Source of the DNA: a virus
Virus record (IMG/VR): IMGVR_UViG_3300031963_000013
DNA: 64,000 bases
Reading direction: 5' to 3' (one strand)
In this document: positions 55,412 through 64,000 of the stretch, one piece after another
How the letters are laid out: every line of letters starts with the position of its first letter
Position numbering within the stretch: the first letter of the stretch is position 1
Position numbers and translations under genes: made by a program
The notes under the pieces: model-generated
The model's database searches: none
What the model was told of the DNA's origin: nothing
The model's input: only the letters and a program-made list of their open reading frames with translations

Positions 55412-55720
55412 ATGAAAAACATAAACGACAATACCGTATTAAGACTGAGAGTATCTAAGAAGCTTTACGAAAGCATCCAACAAGAGTTGGAGAAAAAACA
55501 CGACAAAAAAGAAGTTAAAGAGGGCGACTTAGCCGAAGGCGACATGGTAAACATGGCGATGCAAGCTTTAGATACCATAACAGATCCCGCAGTGCAGAAG
55601 TACCTTTTGGGTTTGGGTATCCCCGCTGCCATATTCGCAACAGTTAAAAAGGCGATAGACAAAGATAAAGCATCAGGAGCCAAAGACATAAAGTTCGGTA
55701 AAATCGCACAAGACAAGTAA
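55412..55720 (+). CDS. Hypothetical protein between sheath and tube genes
   Basis: Coding bias; VLRLRVSKKLYESI N-terminus; hydrophobic stretch LLGLGIPAAIFATV. Confidence 0.65.
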   Translation: MKNINDNTVLRLRVSKKLYESIQQELEKKHDKKEVKEGDLAEGDMVNMAMQALDTITDPAVQKYLLGLGIPAAIFATVKKAIDKDKASGAKDIKFGKIAQDK

Positions 55721-55751
55721 AAAATTAGAACAATAATTAAATTATAATAAC

Positions 55752-56237
55752 ATGCCAATTCTAGATCCATCGGAAATAATGTTTACGGCGTTTGAACCCA
55801 CAGTCCAAAACAGGTTTGTGTTCTACGTTGACGGCATACCTTCGTACATGATTAAAAAGGCCGATGCCCCTGGAGTTACTTTAAACGAGATCAAATTAGA
55901 TCACATCAACGTTTACCGTAAGTTGAAAGGGAAAGCCGAGTGGAGAGACTTAACTTTGTCGCTCTACAACCCAATTAGCCCAAGCGGTCAATTAGCAATA
56001 ATGGAATGGGTTCGTTTACACCACGAATCAGTTACAGGACGCGATGGCTACTCAGACTTCTACAAGAAAGACTGTAGCATGAACATCCTCGGACCTGTTG
56101 GAGACATAGTATCAGAATGGATCATCAAAGGTGCTTTCATCAAGGAAACAAACTTCGGATCCTACGATTGGTCTACTCAAGATCCCACTGAGCTTACGTT
56201 AACTCTTGGAATGGATTTTTGTATACTCAACTTCTGA
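55752..56237 (+). CDS. Tail tube protein (gp19-like)
   Basis: FEP.VQNRF, KGKAEW, MEWVR, GRDGYSDFYKKD and EWIIKGAF. Confidence 0.92.
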   Translation: MPILDPSEIMFTAFEPTVQNRFVFYVDGIPSYMIKKADAPGVTLNEIKLDHINVYRKLKGKAEWRDLTLSLYNPISPSGQLAIMEWVRLHHESVTGRDGYSDFYKKDCSMNILGPVGDIVSEWIIKGAFIKETNFGSYDWSTQDPTELTLTLGMDFCILNF

Positions 56238-56281
56238 TTCTTAATTTTTAAAGAAATTAAGTATTTAATTTTTAATTTACT

Positions 56282-56318
56282 AAACCTCTGCATATTTATA
56301 ATAAAGCAGGGGTTTTTT
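56282..56318 (+). promoter_or_regulatory. Terminator-like hairpin with the late-promoter motif in its loop
   Basis: AAACCTCTGC (56282-56291) pairs with GCAGGGGTTT (56306-56315), followed by a T run; TATTTATA at 56293-56300. Confidence 0.65.
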
Positions 56319-56987
56319 ATGTTACAGGACTACTTTAAAATAATAAGATTTGCGTTAAGTCAATCAAGATCAAAAAAAGACGGAAACTATTACGAATTAC
56401 ATCACATCGTACCAAGATCATTCGGTAAAAAAAGCTCAACAATTTTATTAACTGCGAGAGAACACTATAGAGTTCATAAAATACTCGCAGAGGCGTTTAA
56501 AGATCATCCAATATATGGATACAAAATGTTATGGGCTTTTCATAGAATGACTTATAGTGGAGATATAAAACTCACAGAAGAGGAGTATTCTGTAGCAAGA
56601 GAAGCTTTAATGAAATTATGGAAAAGAAATAAATCTAACGATTGGAAAAAAGAAATGAGTGAAATAATGAAAGGCAATAAAAACGGTGTTGGATGCAAAG
56701 ACAATTGGACTCCAACTGAAGAACAAAGAAAGAATTATTCTTTAGCCGCCACTAAAAGACAGTTAGGAAAAATAGGAGAAGAATCTCGAGCTAGCAAAGG
56801 CTCAGTAATATGTGAAAATATAATCACGGGAGAAAAAATAGAAGCAGGTTCAGCGTATCAATTATCTAAAAAATTAAACATCAATAATAGCGCAATCTCA
56901 GACGCTCTTTCTAATAGATTAATCAGAGGTAAGGGAAGTAAATATTATCAATTCTTACAAGAACATAAAATATATTACAAAAACTAA
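56319..56987 (+). mobile_element. Free-standing HNH homing endonuclease (Mob-like) with NUMOD-like DNA-binding regions
   Basis: YYELHHIVPRS...LTAREHYRVHKIL; basic C-terminal region with an HTH-like end; AT-rich codon usage unlike its neighbours. Confidence 0.85.
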
Positions 56988-57001
56988 AACGTAACAAAAA
57001 T

Positions 57002-57029
57002 AAAGCCTCTCTACTCGAGAGGTTTTTTT
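57002..57029 (+). terminator. Intrinsic terminator
   Basis: GCCTCTC-TACTC-GAGAGGT followed by a T run. Confidence 0.8.
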
Positions 57030-57052
57030 ATGCAGGAAATTTAATACACGTA

Positions 57053-57060
57053 TATTTATA
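57053..57060 (+). promoter_or_regulatory. Putative late promoter TATTTATA
   Basis: Before ATG 57073. Confidence 0.6.
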
Positions 57061-57072
57061 TTAAAATACAAA

Positions 57073-57837
57073 ATGGCAGAAACAAAATTTGAAGTTCCGA
57101 CAGAGATGATAGACCTTCCCTCCAAGGGATTGTTGTATCCGAAAGACAATCCGCTTTCAAAGGGTCAAGTACAAATGAAGTATATGACAGCGAAGGAAGA
57201 GGACATTCTCACCAACGTTAATTTATTAAGACAGGGAAAAGCTATAGAAATGATGTTAAAGTCTCTTGTAAAAACAGAGATCAACCACGAGGACCTTTTG
57301 CTAGGCGACAGGAACGCGTTACTCATCGCATCAAGGATATTAGCTTACGGTAAAGACTACTCTTTCAAGTACGTAAACCCAAACACGAACGAAGAGGAAA
57401 CCGTTACCGTTGACTTACAGGATTTGAAGTACAAAGAAGTTGACGAAAGCAAGTTTTCAGAAAAAAACGAATTCTCTTTCACTTTACCTTACACAAAAAA
57501 CGTTGTGACTTACAAGATACTCACAGTTGCTGACGATAAAAAGATCGACGAAGAGTTGAAGGGGTTGAAAAAGGCCACCGGCATCGATGGAGGTATCCAA
57601 TCAACGAGGTTAAAACACCAGATAGTGGCAGTAAACGGAGATTACGGGGTTAAAACAGTTAGAGACTTCGTCGACAGCGGAGCTCTATTGGCTAGAGACT
57701 CCATAGAATTGAAAAAGGACATCGCTAAAAACACACCGGATATAAACACAAAAGTGAGTTTTACATTGAGCGATGGAGAGTTAATTTCAACAGATCTTCC
57801 GATGGGAGCTCAATTCTTCTTTCCAAACATGGACTAA
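57073..57837 (+). CDS. Baseplate hub / tail assembly chaperone (T4 gp26-like)
   Basis: IDLPSKGLLYP, MKYMTAKEEDIL and GDRNALLIASRILAYG; ends FFFP; lies between tube and tape measure genes. Confidence 0.75.
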   Translation: MAETKFEVPTEMIDLPSKGLLYPKDNPLSKGQVQMKYMTAKEEDILTNVNLLRQGKAIEMMLKSLVKTEINHEDLLLGDRNALLIASRILAYGKDYSFKYVNPNTNEEETVTVDLQDLKYKEVDESKFSEKNEFSFTLPYTKNVVTYKILTVADDKKIDEELKGLKKATGIDGGIQSTRLKHQIVAVNGDYGVKTVRDFVDSGALLARDSIELKKDIAKNTPDINTKVSFTLSDGELISTDLPMGAQFFFPNMD

Positions 57838-57838
57838 C

Positions 57839-58159
57839 GTGGATGATACTTTACTAAAAATAATACCAATGTTACCGGGACCTTCTTATAGGTCCCATTT
57901 CATGACTGAATGTTTCGAATTAACTTATCACGGCGGAGGAGGATTCTCTTGGTCGGAGGTGTGGGAAATGCCCGTATCTCACAGGCGATTCAATCTAAAA
58001 AAAATAAACGAGTATCTAGAGAAGGTCCAAGCTATCAGGGACGAACAACAGCAGAAGATAACAGAGAACACGGACATGAAAAAGTTTAAGATACCTGACG
58101 CTGTTAAAGAAGCTTCCAAGAAATACGACTTCGTATCTAAAGCAAAACCAAATAAGTAA
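57839..58159 (+). CDS. Small tail assembly chaperone-like protein (gp51-like or T-like)
   Basis: YHGGGGFSWSEVWEMPVSHRRF; start uncertain (GTG 57839, ATG 57869, or a frameshift from the upstream gene). Confidence 0.6.
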   Translation: MDDTLLKIIPMLPGPSYRSHFMTECFELTYHGGGGFSWSEVWEMPVSHRRFNLKKINEYLEKVQAIRDEQQQKITENTDMKKFKIPDAVKEASKKYDFVSKAKPNK

Positions 58160-58160
58160 A

Positions 58161-58168
58161 TATTTATT
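58161..58168 (+). promoter_or_regulatory. Putative late promoter TATTTATT
   Basis: Before tape measure ATG 58186. Confidence 0.55.
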
Positions 58169-58185
58169 TGTATAGTATAAAGCAA

Positions 58186-60432
58186 ATGGCAGATAATCAA
58201 AATACTGGTCCAAGTCAAAGTAGTCAAGCCGCTTCTAATCTAAAGGATACTAAACAGGCTTTAAAAGATCTCATAAGGTCTGGAGAAGATTTCAATGACA
58301 TTATAAAAGACCAGGTTAGAGAATTAGGCAAGTTATTAACTGGATATGATAAGGTAAGAAAATCTATAGATGGATATAGGAGTAGTTCTCTAGATGTTAA
58401 AAAAATACAAAATGATATAGAGAATACGATAGCAAATCAATTTGTGCAACAAGCCAAAGTTAATCAGTTAGAGGCCAAACTTTCAAAAGACAATCCAGCT
58501 CAATTACATACCGCTAATCAATTATTAGGACTTCTCAAACAAAAAGAGGGTTTAACTGGACAAGCGCTAGAAGATTTAGAAGATCAAATAGACGCTCAAA
58601 TGAGATCGTTGAGTCCACTACAAGCAGAGTATATAGCCAGGCAGAAGTCCTTAGATTTAATTAAACTAACAAATGAAGATTTAGATGAACAATTAGCAAA
58701 AGAAAAAGCTGTAGAAAAAGGCATAGGCGTATCGGGCGCAGCTTTTTCTTTGTTTTCTAAAAAATTGGGATTAGGAACGGAAGTTTACGAAAAAATGGTG
58801 TCTAAAGCCAGAGAACTTCAAGAAGCTAACGGAAAAATATCAAAAACTAAAGTACTTGGAGCAGGAATTAAAGCAGCAGGAGCAGGACTTTTAGAAAACA
58901 TTACTGATCCTCTATTAGCAATACCTCTAGCAGGCGCAGCAATTGGGGGTGTTGTAAAAGGTCTAAAAGCTGCTTTTGACTATATCGTAGGCATACAAGA
59001 TCAAACTGTTAAGTTTGCGCGTGCAATGAACATGTCTACCCAACAGGCGCGCCAATTGAAGATGGAATTTGCTAGCCTAAACGTATCTAACGGAGATCTG
59101 TTTGTAAATACGCAAAAACTTGTAGAATCACAAATGGAATTCGTTGATGCGTTGGGAGTAACGAACGTTATGTCTTCAGAGATTCTATCCACAAACATCA
59201 AATTAAAAGACATAAGCGGTTTAGAACTCGAAACAAGACAGGGCATAGCAGAAACAGCGGTGATAACAGGAAAAAGCTCAGAATCAGTGGTAAAGTCAGT
59301 CCTTGCCCAAGTAGAGGGGCTGAAGAGAGTTACGGGTATTCAATTCCAAAACCAAAAAATACTGAAAGAAGCCTCGAATTTGGGAGGCGTATTGGGACTG
59401 CAATTTGCAAAGTATCCTGAAAAACTAACTAAGAGTCTACTTACTGTAAAAGCGATGGGATTGGAACTAAAACAGTTGGATTCCATGGCAGATTCTTTTT
59501 TGGATTTCGAATCAAGCATAAGCGCAGAGTTTGAAGCGCAACTGTTGACTGGCAAGGAGATAAATTTGAATAAGGCAAGAGAGCTGTTTTTGAACAACGA
59601 TCTAGCCGGTGCAGCGTTAGAGATAAATAAACAGGTCGGCAGCAGCGGAGACTTTTTAAAGATGAACAGGATCCAAGCGGAGTCTCTAGCAAAAGCATTC
59701 GGAATGTCCAGAGATCAAATGGGAGACATGCTCAAGAGGCAAGAGTTGCTTTCGAGATTGGGCGCCAAAGACACAGACAACGCTAGACAACAATTGCAAA
59801 TAGGACTTGAGCGGTACAAAACTCACAAGGCTTTAAAAGAAGCAGTCGGAGAAGAAGCTTACCAAAACATGATGAATGCTTCAATGCAAGAAAAGATAGC
59901 GGCTTTTATGGAAAAGATAAAACAGTCCATATCCGATTTTGTTGAAAGCAGTGGAATAATAGATAAGATAGAAGGATTTATGGACTATCTATCAAAACCA
60001 GAAAACATTAGAGCTGTTATTGTATCTATAAGAGACGTTTTTGCTTCAATAGTAGACATTGTAGCTACTATAGCAGGGGGAGTAGTATCTATACTAGACT
60101 TTTTCGGAGCGATATCAGACGCAAAAGCTGAAAGCATTCAAGGGTTTTTGGAAGGAGCAGGAGATCGCGTAAGAGCGCTTGGCGGAGATTTACAATTTGC
60201 TGGACCCGGAGTTTCGAACAATAAAGCAAAATCAGAAACAACCACAAACGCACCAGCAACAAACACTACAGTGAATCAAGGATTTACAGGTCCTCAAACC
60301 ATTTTAATAGAAAACAAAATGCAAACAAACAATGAAGTGCTGCACAGATCTGTGACAAAAGCTGAAGTGCAAAATACAACAACCAAGAACGATAACGCAA
60401 CAAACAAAAATGTTGCTAGTGGGGGACAATAA
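58186..60432 (+). CDS. Tape measure protein
   Basis: Long helical Ala/Leu/Gly-rich protein; LDFESSISAEFEAQLLTGK.INL.KAR; position after the chaperones. Confidence 0.85.
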   Translation: MADNQNTGPSQSSQAASNLKDTKQALKDLIRSGEDFNDIIKDQVRELGKLLTGYDKVRKSIDGYRSSSLDVKKIQNDIENTIANQFVQQAKVNQLEAKLSKDNPAQLHTANQLLGLLKQKEGLTGQALEDLEDQIDAQMRSLSPLQAEYIARQKSLDLIKLTNEDLDEQLAKEKAVEKGIGVSGAAFSLFSKKLGLGTEVYEKMVSKARELQEANGKISKTKVLGAGIKAAGAGLLENITDPLLAIPLAGAAIGGVVKGLKAAFDYIVGIQDQTVKFARAMNMSTQQARQLKMEFASLNVSNGDLFVNTQKLVESQMEFVDALGVTNVMSSEILSTNIKLKDISGLELETRQGIAETAVITGKSSESVVKSVLAQVEGLKRVTGIQFQNQKILKEASNLGGVLGLQFAKYPEKLTKSLLTVKAMGLELKQLDSMADSFLDFESSISAEFEAQLLTGKEINLNKARELFLNNDLAGAALEINKQVGSSGDFLKMNRIQAESLAKAFGMSRDQMGDMLKRQELLSRLGAKDTDNARQQLQIGLERYKTHKALKEAVGEEAYQNMMNASMQEKIAAFMEKIKQSISDFVESSGIIDKIEGFMDYLSKPENIRAVIVSIRDVFASIVDIVATIAGGVVSILDFFGAISDAKAESIQGFLEGAGDRVRALGGDLQFAGPGVSNNKAKSETTTNAPATNTTVNQGFTGPQTILIENKMQTNNEVLHRSVTKAEVQNTTTKNDNATNKNVASGGQ

Positions 60433-60452
60433 AAAATAATAAAATTCAAGAA

Positions 60453-62135
60453 ATGCCTCTAATAGACTTAAGAACTAAATTCACGTCATTGAAGTATGGA
60501 TCTGACAGACCCAACAACGGTTATTCAGGTCAACCTTACATTCAATTTCCGATAGATCAAGCAGGCGTTCCTACGCAATTTGCAAGCTACTACAAAAGCA
60601 ATAGATACAGCCTTGATTACCCCATTAGAGGAGGCGGATTAGACTTTGAAATAGGAACGCAAACCCTTACAATATCTGGACGCATAGATAAGGAGCGGAT
60701 AAAAAAGTTTCTATCAGATTCTCCAAGGGGGACTGCTTTCGTTACAAAACAGATAGGTCTCCAACTGTCAAACCCAAAAACAGAGACGGGAACATCGCTA
60801 TTCGCTTTCGGATCGGTTAACGCTCTTCCTGGCATTTTGGAAAACACAAGAATCTACAACAGGGGAAGAAACACGCTTGATCAAGTTGGAGTAGCGGGCA
60901 CAGGTACTCACTTCAACCGTCACGGGCTTTTTCCTTTGGATCTATCTTCTAAATATTACAGCAACATTGTTGGAGCGCAATCGAGAATGACAGTTGACGA
61001 GGCCCAAAGCCAAAACAGGTTATTGATACTCCAACAGCTTAAGCTAACAAGCAATTCCCCGATCAGTAACAACACAAACGTACTTGGAAGCCTGAACAAA
61101 ATAAACCAGTTGGGAATATCGCTAAACAGGAACGTAATCCAGAACTATTTGGGAGGTCCTGGTTCAGCTTACGGAATAGGTAATACAACTATAAGAAGGT
61201 ACGAAGATACCACAACCGCGGTTAACAAGGTGCGTTCTGGTGCGTCTTTAAGCTACGATCAAATAGCAAACCAAAAAGTAAGGGGCGCCAAAGCTAGAAT
61301 GGAAAGGCTGACAAGCGTGAATTTACCGGTAGCTGATCAAGACGCTATAGACTACAAATTCTACACGTATTCTAGCGGTTCTATAACGGACAACATAAAT
61401 TTTTCCGATATAAAACAGTATAGTAGTGATCCGTGGCCTGACGCAAAAGACGACTTGATAAAATTCGGTTTTGAGTGCATAGAAAACGACGATCCTGACA
61501 ACGCTTTGTTTTTACAGTTCAGGGCCTTTTTAACAGCTGGATTGACGGACAATCACCAAGCTTCTTACAACACGTTTAAGTACATCGGTAGAGGAGAGGA
61601 CTTTTTTACGTATCAAGGTTTTTCTAGAACCGTGGGATTTTCTTTTAGGTTAGCTGTTTTTTCTAGAAGCGAAATGTCTAGAGTTTACGAAAAGCTCAAC
61701 TTACTTGTTTCCCAAGTTTACCCTGATTATAGCGCAAACGGAATAATGCGTTCTTCTTTGGTGAGAGTCACAGTGGGAGATTATTTGTACAGGGTACCCG
61801 GGTTTTTGGAATCGGTTAACGTGAACATAGACCAAATGTCTAGTTGGGAAATAGATGACGGAGAGCAATTGCCACACTATCTGGACGTGCAAGTGACTTT
61901 TAGACCTATTCACGACATTTTACCAAAAAAGACAACGTACGCTTCTCAAACAAATATAATAGCTAACGACTATTTAACAAAACAAACTATCTCTCTTAGA
62001 AACGCAACCGCTAGACTGAATACGGGATTGCAACAATTGCAAAGACCTACCGTAAATACTGAGGATTTAAACAATATAATACAAAATCAACAGAACGCTA
62101 GAAGGCCTTCTAATTTAGTAAATAGACCAATATAA
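60453..62135 (+). CDS. Baseplate / tube-initiator-like protein (gp48/gp54-like C-terminus)
   Basis: FRAFL...TDN..A.Y....YIGRGEDFFTYQGFSR...VRVTVGDY...PGF...WEI...LPH. Confidence 0.65.
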   Translation: MPLIDLRTKFTSLKYGSDRPNNGYSGQPYIQFPIDQAGVPTQFASYYKSNRYSLDYPIRGGGLDFEIGTQTLTISGRIDKERIKKFLSDSPRGTAFVTKQIGLQLSNPKTETGTSLFAFGSVNALPGILENTRIYNRGRNTLDQVGVAGTGTHFNRHGLFPLDLSSKYYSNIVGAQSRMTVDEAQSQNRLLILQQLKLTSNSPISNNTNVLGSLNKINQLGISLNRNVIQNYLGGPGSAYGIGNTTIRRYEDTTTAVNKVRSGASLSYDQIANQKVRGAKARMERLTSVNLPVADQDAIDYKFYTYSSGSITDNINFSDIKQYSSDPWPDAKDDLIKFGFECIENDDPDNALFLQFRAFLTAGLTDNHQASYNTFKYIGRGEDFFTYQGFSRTVGFSFRLAVFSRSEMSRVYEKLNLLVSQVYPDYSANGIMRSSLVRVTVGDYLYRVPGFLESVNVNIDQMSSWEIDDGEQLPHYLDVQVTFRPIHDILPKKTTYASQTNIIANDYLTKQTISLRNATARLNTGLQQLQRPTVNTEDLNNIIQNQQNARRPSNLVNRPI

Positions 62136-62443
62136 TGTCATACAGATACGAAACCATACCAACTACCAAAGTAGACAACGTTGGAGAACAATACATACAA
62201 ACAAACGTGTATCCAGACATACCAGTTGTTCAAAACGATAATTACGTAATAACCACTGTTGGAGACAGATTGGACCTGTTGGCTTTGGACTTTTATGGGG
62301 ACATGACTCTTTGGTGGGTGATAGCGTCAGCTAATAACCTTCCGGGAGATTCAATATATCCCCCCATCGGTGCGCAACTGAGAATACCGGCAAACGCACC
62401 AGCGGCTATAAATCAATACAAACAAGAAAATTATACAAGGTAA
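62135..62443 (+). CDS. LysM-like baseplate wedge protein (gp53-like)
   Basis: GDRLDLLALDFYGD..LWWVIASANNL...GAQLRIP. Confidence 0.85.
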   Translation: MSYRYETIPTTKVDNVGEQYIQTNVYPDIPVVQNDNYVITTVGDRLDLLALDFYGDMTLWWVIASANNLPGDSIYPPIGAQLRIPANAPAAINQYKQENYTR

Positions 62444-62446
62444 TAA

Positions 62447-64000
62447 ATGTCTTACACAAACATAGATAACGTTTTGGGATACCCAATACCGCAGTGGGTT
62501 ATGAACCAAGTGTTGCTCAGGTCTGAAATGAACTCGATAGACAATAGAGACAACACAAATCTTGTGCAAATCGCCAACAAATCTGGTTGGGTTAGACTGG
62601 TTTCATCAGTAAACGTAGGCAAAAAATCACCTACAAGTTTCGTAACCGCAATAATTCCAGAATTATTTGCTAAACAATTTGTTTTATTTGGAGGAACATC
62701 CGCTTACTCTGGTATAACCAACGTCAATGTCGACGATTTTTCCAACAACGTCCCTTCTTACAAATTGAGATCTGGAATAGGCTTAAACGGATCTTACGGA
62801 ATGCTTGGACAAAACGAGATTCGAGAGTACGGTTTCAGACCATTCCCCGGGATAAAGAGCGTAAAAGTGCAGACGCAGGGCAAGTTGGGTTCTATAAGAG
62901 CGGCTGACATTCAATTTAGCGTTAACGATAAAGCTCAACTAGACATCGTAGATTTGTTGTATTTCAAATTGGGATACACCATGTTTTTGGAATGGGGTAA
63001 CACCTTCTTTTACAAAGAGGACAAGACATCAGCAGACGAAATTAAACCTCAATCGACGCTATACAAAGGAGAAGATTACAGCATAGATCCGTTCGAAAAA
63101 GGTTTGGATAAAGACTTGTTAAGATACAAAATAGCCAAATCAGTAAGAAACAGCGACGGTAACTACGACGCGATGTTGGGAATAGTTACGAACTTTAGCT
63201 TTACTTCCAACACCGACGGTGGTTACGATTGTAGTTTAAAATTGATGAGTTTAGGCGTTTTGGGTGAAAGCGTTAGAGTTAACAACGTGAACAGTCTAAC
63301 AAAAGTATTTAGCGCAGCGGTACAAAAGCTCGTAAATAGCCAAAACTCTTTAGCTCTTAAAAAACGTGAAAGTGAAAAAGCCGCTGAGATTAAGCTTGCT
63401 GCTGAATATGCTAACGATGCTGAAAAGTGGCCACCGTGTTTTCAACAGCTTGTAAAAAATAATAAAGAGAGAATACAACAACTAAAAAATGGAGAATTCG
63501 CAATAGTATATAGAAAGGATTCAAATAATACTGTGTATACTTTTTATTATCAAGGAAAATACATACAGAAAAACGCAGATCAAAAAAGTGGAGATTGGAA
63601 ATGCGTGAACGGTATTTTATACATTGATGGAAATAGATTAATATTAGACGATCAATTTACGTATTCTCAAGCGGTTAATAGAGAGAATATTAATAAGGTA
63701 AAAAGATATACTAGTGGATGGATTAAAAACTCTAGTCAATTTGAACAATTCAATTATATATACGCAGAAGAAAATACTGTTTTTATTGCATTTGAAAAAT
63801 TTCAAAAAATAATTTCACCAAGAGACGATACATTTAAAGCTAAGTTAGATTTTGATCAAATAGGCATTAATTCTAAAAATCTATGGAGTGTACCACCTCG
63901 TCTTCGATTTAAAGATCCGAGAGAAGTTGTTAGTGATAATAATAAATTAACTAGAGGATCTGGTGTTAACGCGTTTTTGATGTCTTCTTTTAGTGAAAAC
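62447..64000 (+). CDS. 3'-truncated large baseplate hub-like protein, not in the ORF track
   Basis: Starts MSYTNIDNVLGYPIP and appears open to the window end; GFRPIPGI...GSIRAA...GYTMFLEWG...GNYDAMLG.VTNF. Confidence 0.7.
   Translation, partial: MSYTNIDNVLGYPIPQWVMNQVLLRSEMNSIDNRDNTNLVQIANKSGWVRLVSSVNVGKKSPTSFVTAIIPELFAKQFVLFGGTSAYSGITNVNVDDFSNNVPSYKLRSGIGLNGSYGMLGQNEIREYGFRPFPGIKSVKVQTQGKLGSIRAADIQFSVNDKAQLDIVDLLYFKLGYTMFLEWGNTFFYKEDKTSADEIKPQSTLYKGEDYSIDPFEKGLDKDLLRYKIAKSVRNSDGNYDAMLGIVTNFSFTSNTDGGYDCSLKLMSLGVLGESVRVNNVNSLTKVFSAAVQKLVNSQNSLALKKRESEKAAEIKLAAEYANDAEKWPPCFQQLVKNNKERIQQLKNGEFAIVYRKDSNNTVYTFYYQGKYIQKNADQKSGDWKCVNGILYIDGNRLILDDQFTYSQAVNRENINKVKRYTSGWIKNSSQFEQFNYIYAEENTVFIAFEKFQKIISPRDDTFKAKLDFDQIGINSKNLWSVPPRLRFKDPREVVSDNNKLTRGSGVNAFLMSSFSEN

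Noticed and set aside
3585-58168. Reading the motif as canonical T4 TATAAATA promoters on the - strand
   Set aside because: Copies sit consistently just upstream of + strand starts and no credible - strand genes exist; only the 21818 copy has a candidate - strand product.
21807-58186. ORF-track starts at 21807, 30976, 50998 and 58168 (also 5599 and 18341)
   Set aside because: They overlap the promoter motif or upstream genes; downstream ATGs with A-rich leaders (21843, 31018, 51061, 58186, 5659, 18362) fit better.
193-62569. Numerous short minus-strand and nested ORFs in the track
   Set aside because: They are shadows of densely packed + strand genes and show no recognisable motifs.
1-64000. 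Stop-codon reassignment
   Set aside because: Core genes are full length in code 11, and TAA, TAG and TGA all end genes at sensible boundaries.

Overview
A 64-kb segment of a large T4-like, contractile-tailed dsDNA phage, with all credible genes on the + strand and standard genetic code. The host is probably Bacteroidota: Shine-Dalgarno sites are mostly absent, leaders are A-rich, and secreted proteins carry Bacteroidota-type D-S/T-hydrophobic sequons. Gene order: (1) 1-10 kb and 13.6-18.7 kb, small and multidomain proteins rich in (L/I/V)-x-E sites that look like head-packaged, protease-processed cargo (nucleotidyltransferase plus ligase-like, HExxH peptidase plus HAD nucleotidase, Dps-like, PD-(D/E)xK-like), and a DenV-like glycosylase; (2) terminase, portal, prohead protease, scaffold, major capsid protein, PhoH and neck genes; (3) a 24-kb cluster of Ser/Thr-rich fibre/adhesin genes with a GT4 glycosyltransferase and an Aah/TibC-like protein O-glycosyltransferase embedded in it; (4) a cassette of membrane proteins and lipoproteins, including a lipoprotein metalloprotease; (5) tail sheath, tube, a free-standing HNH endonuclease, a chaperone pair, tape measure and baseplate genes. 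A TATTTAT(A/T) motif precedes about 20 genes (putative late promoter). The best candidates for new biology are a phage-encoded virion O-glycosylation system with a virion-wide (S/T)GS signature, a protease-processed head-cargo polyprotein system with a scaffold-mimic targeting peptide, and a structured, probably antisense, RNA downstream of the capsid gene. All family assignments come from recognising motifs by eye, not from database searches.
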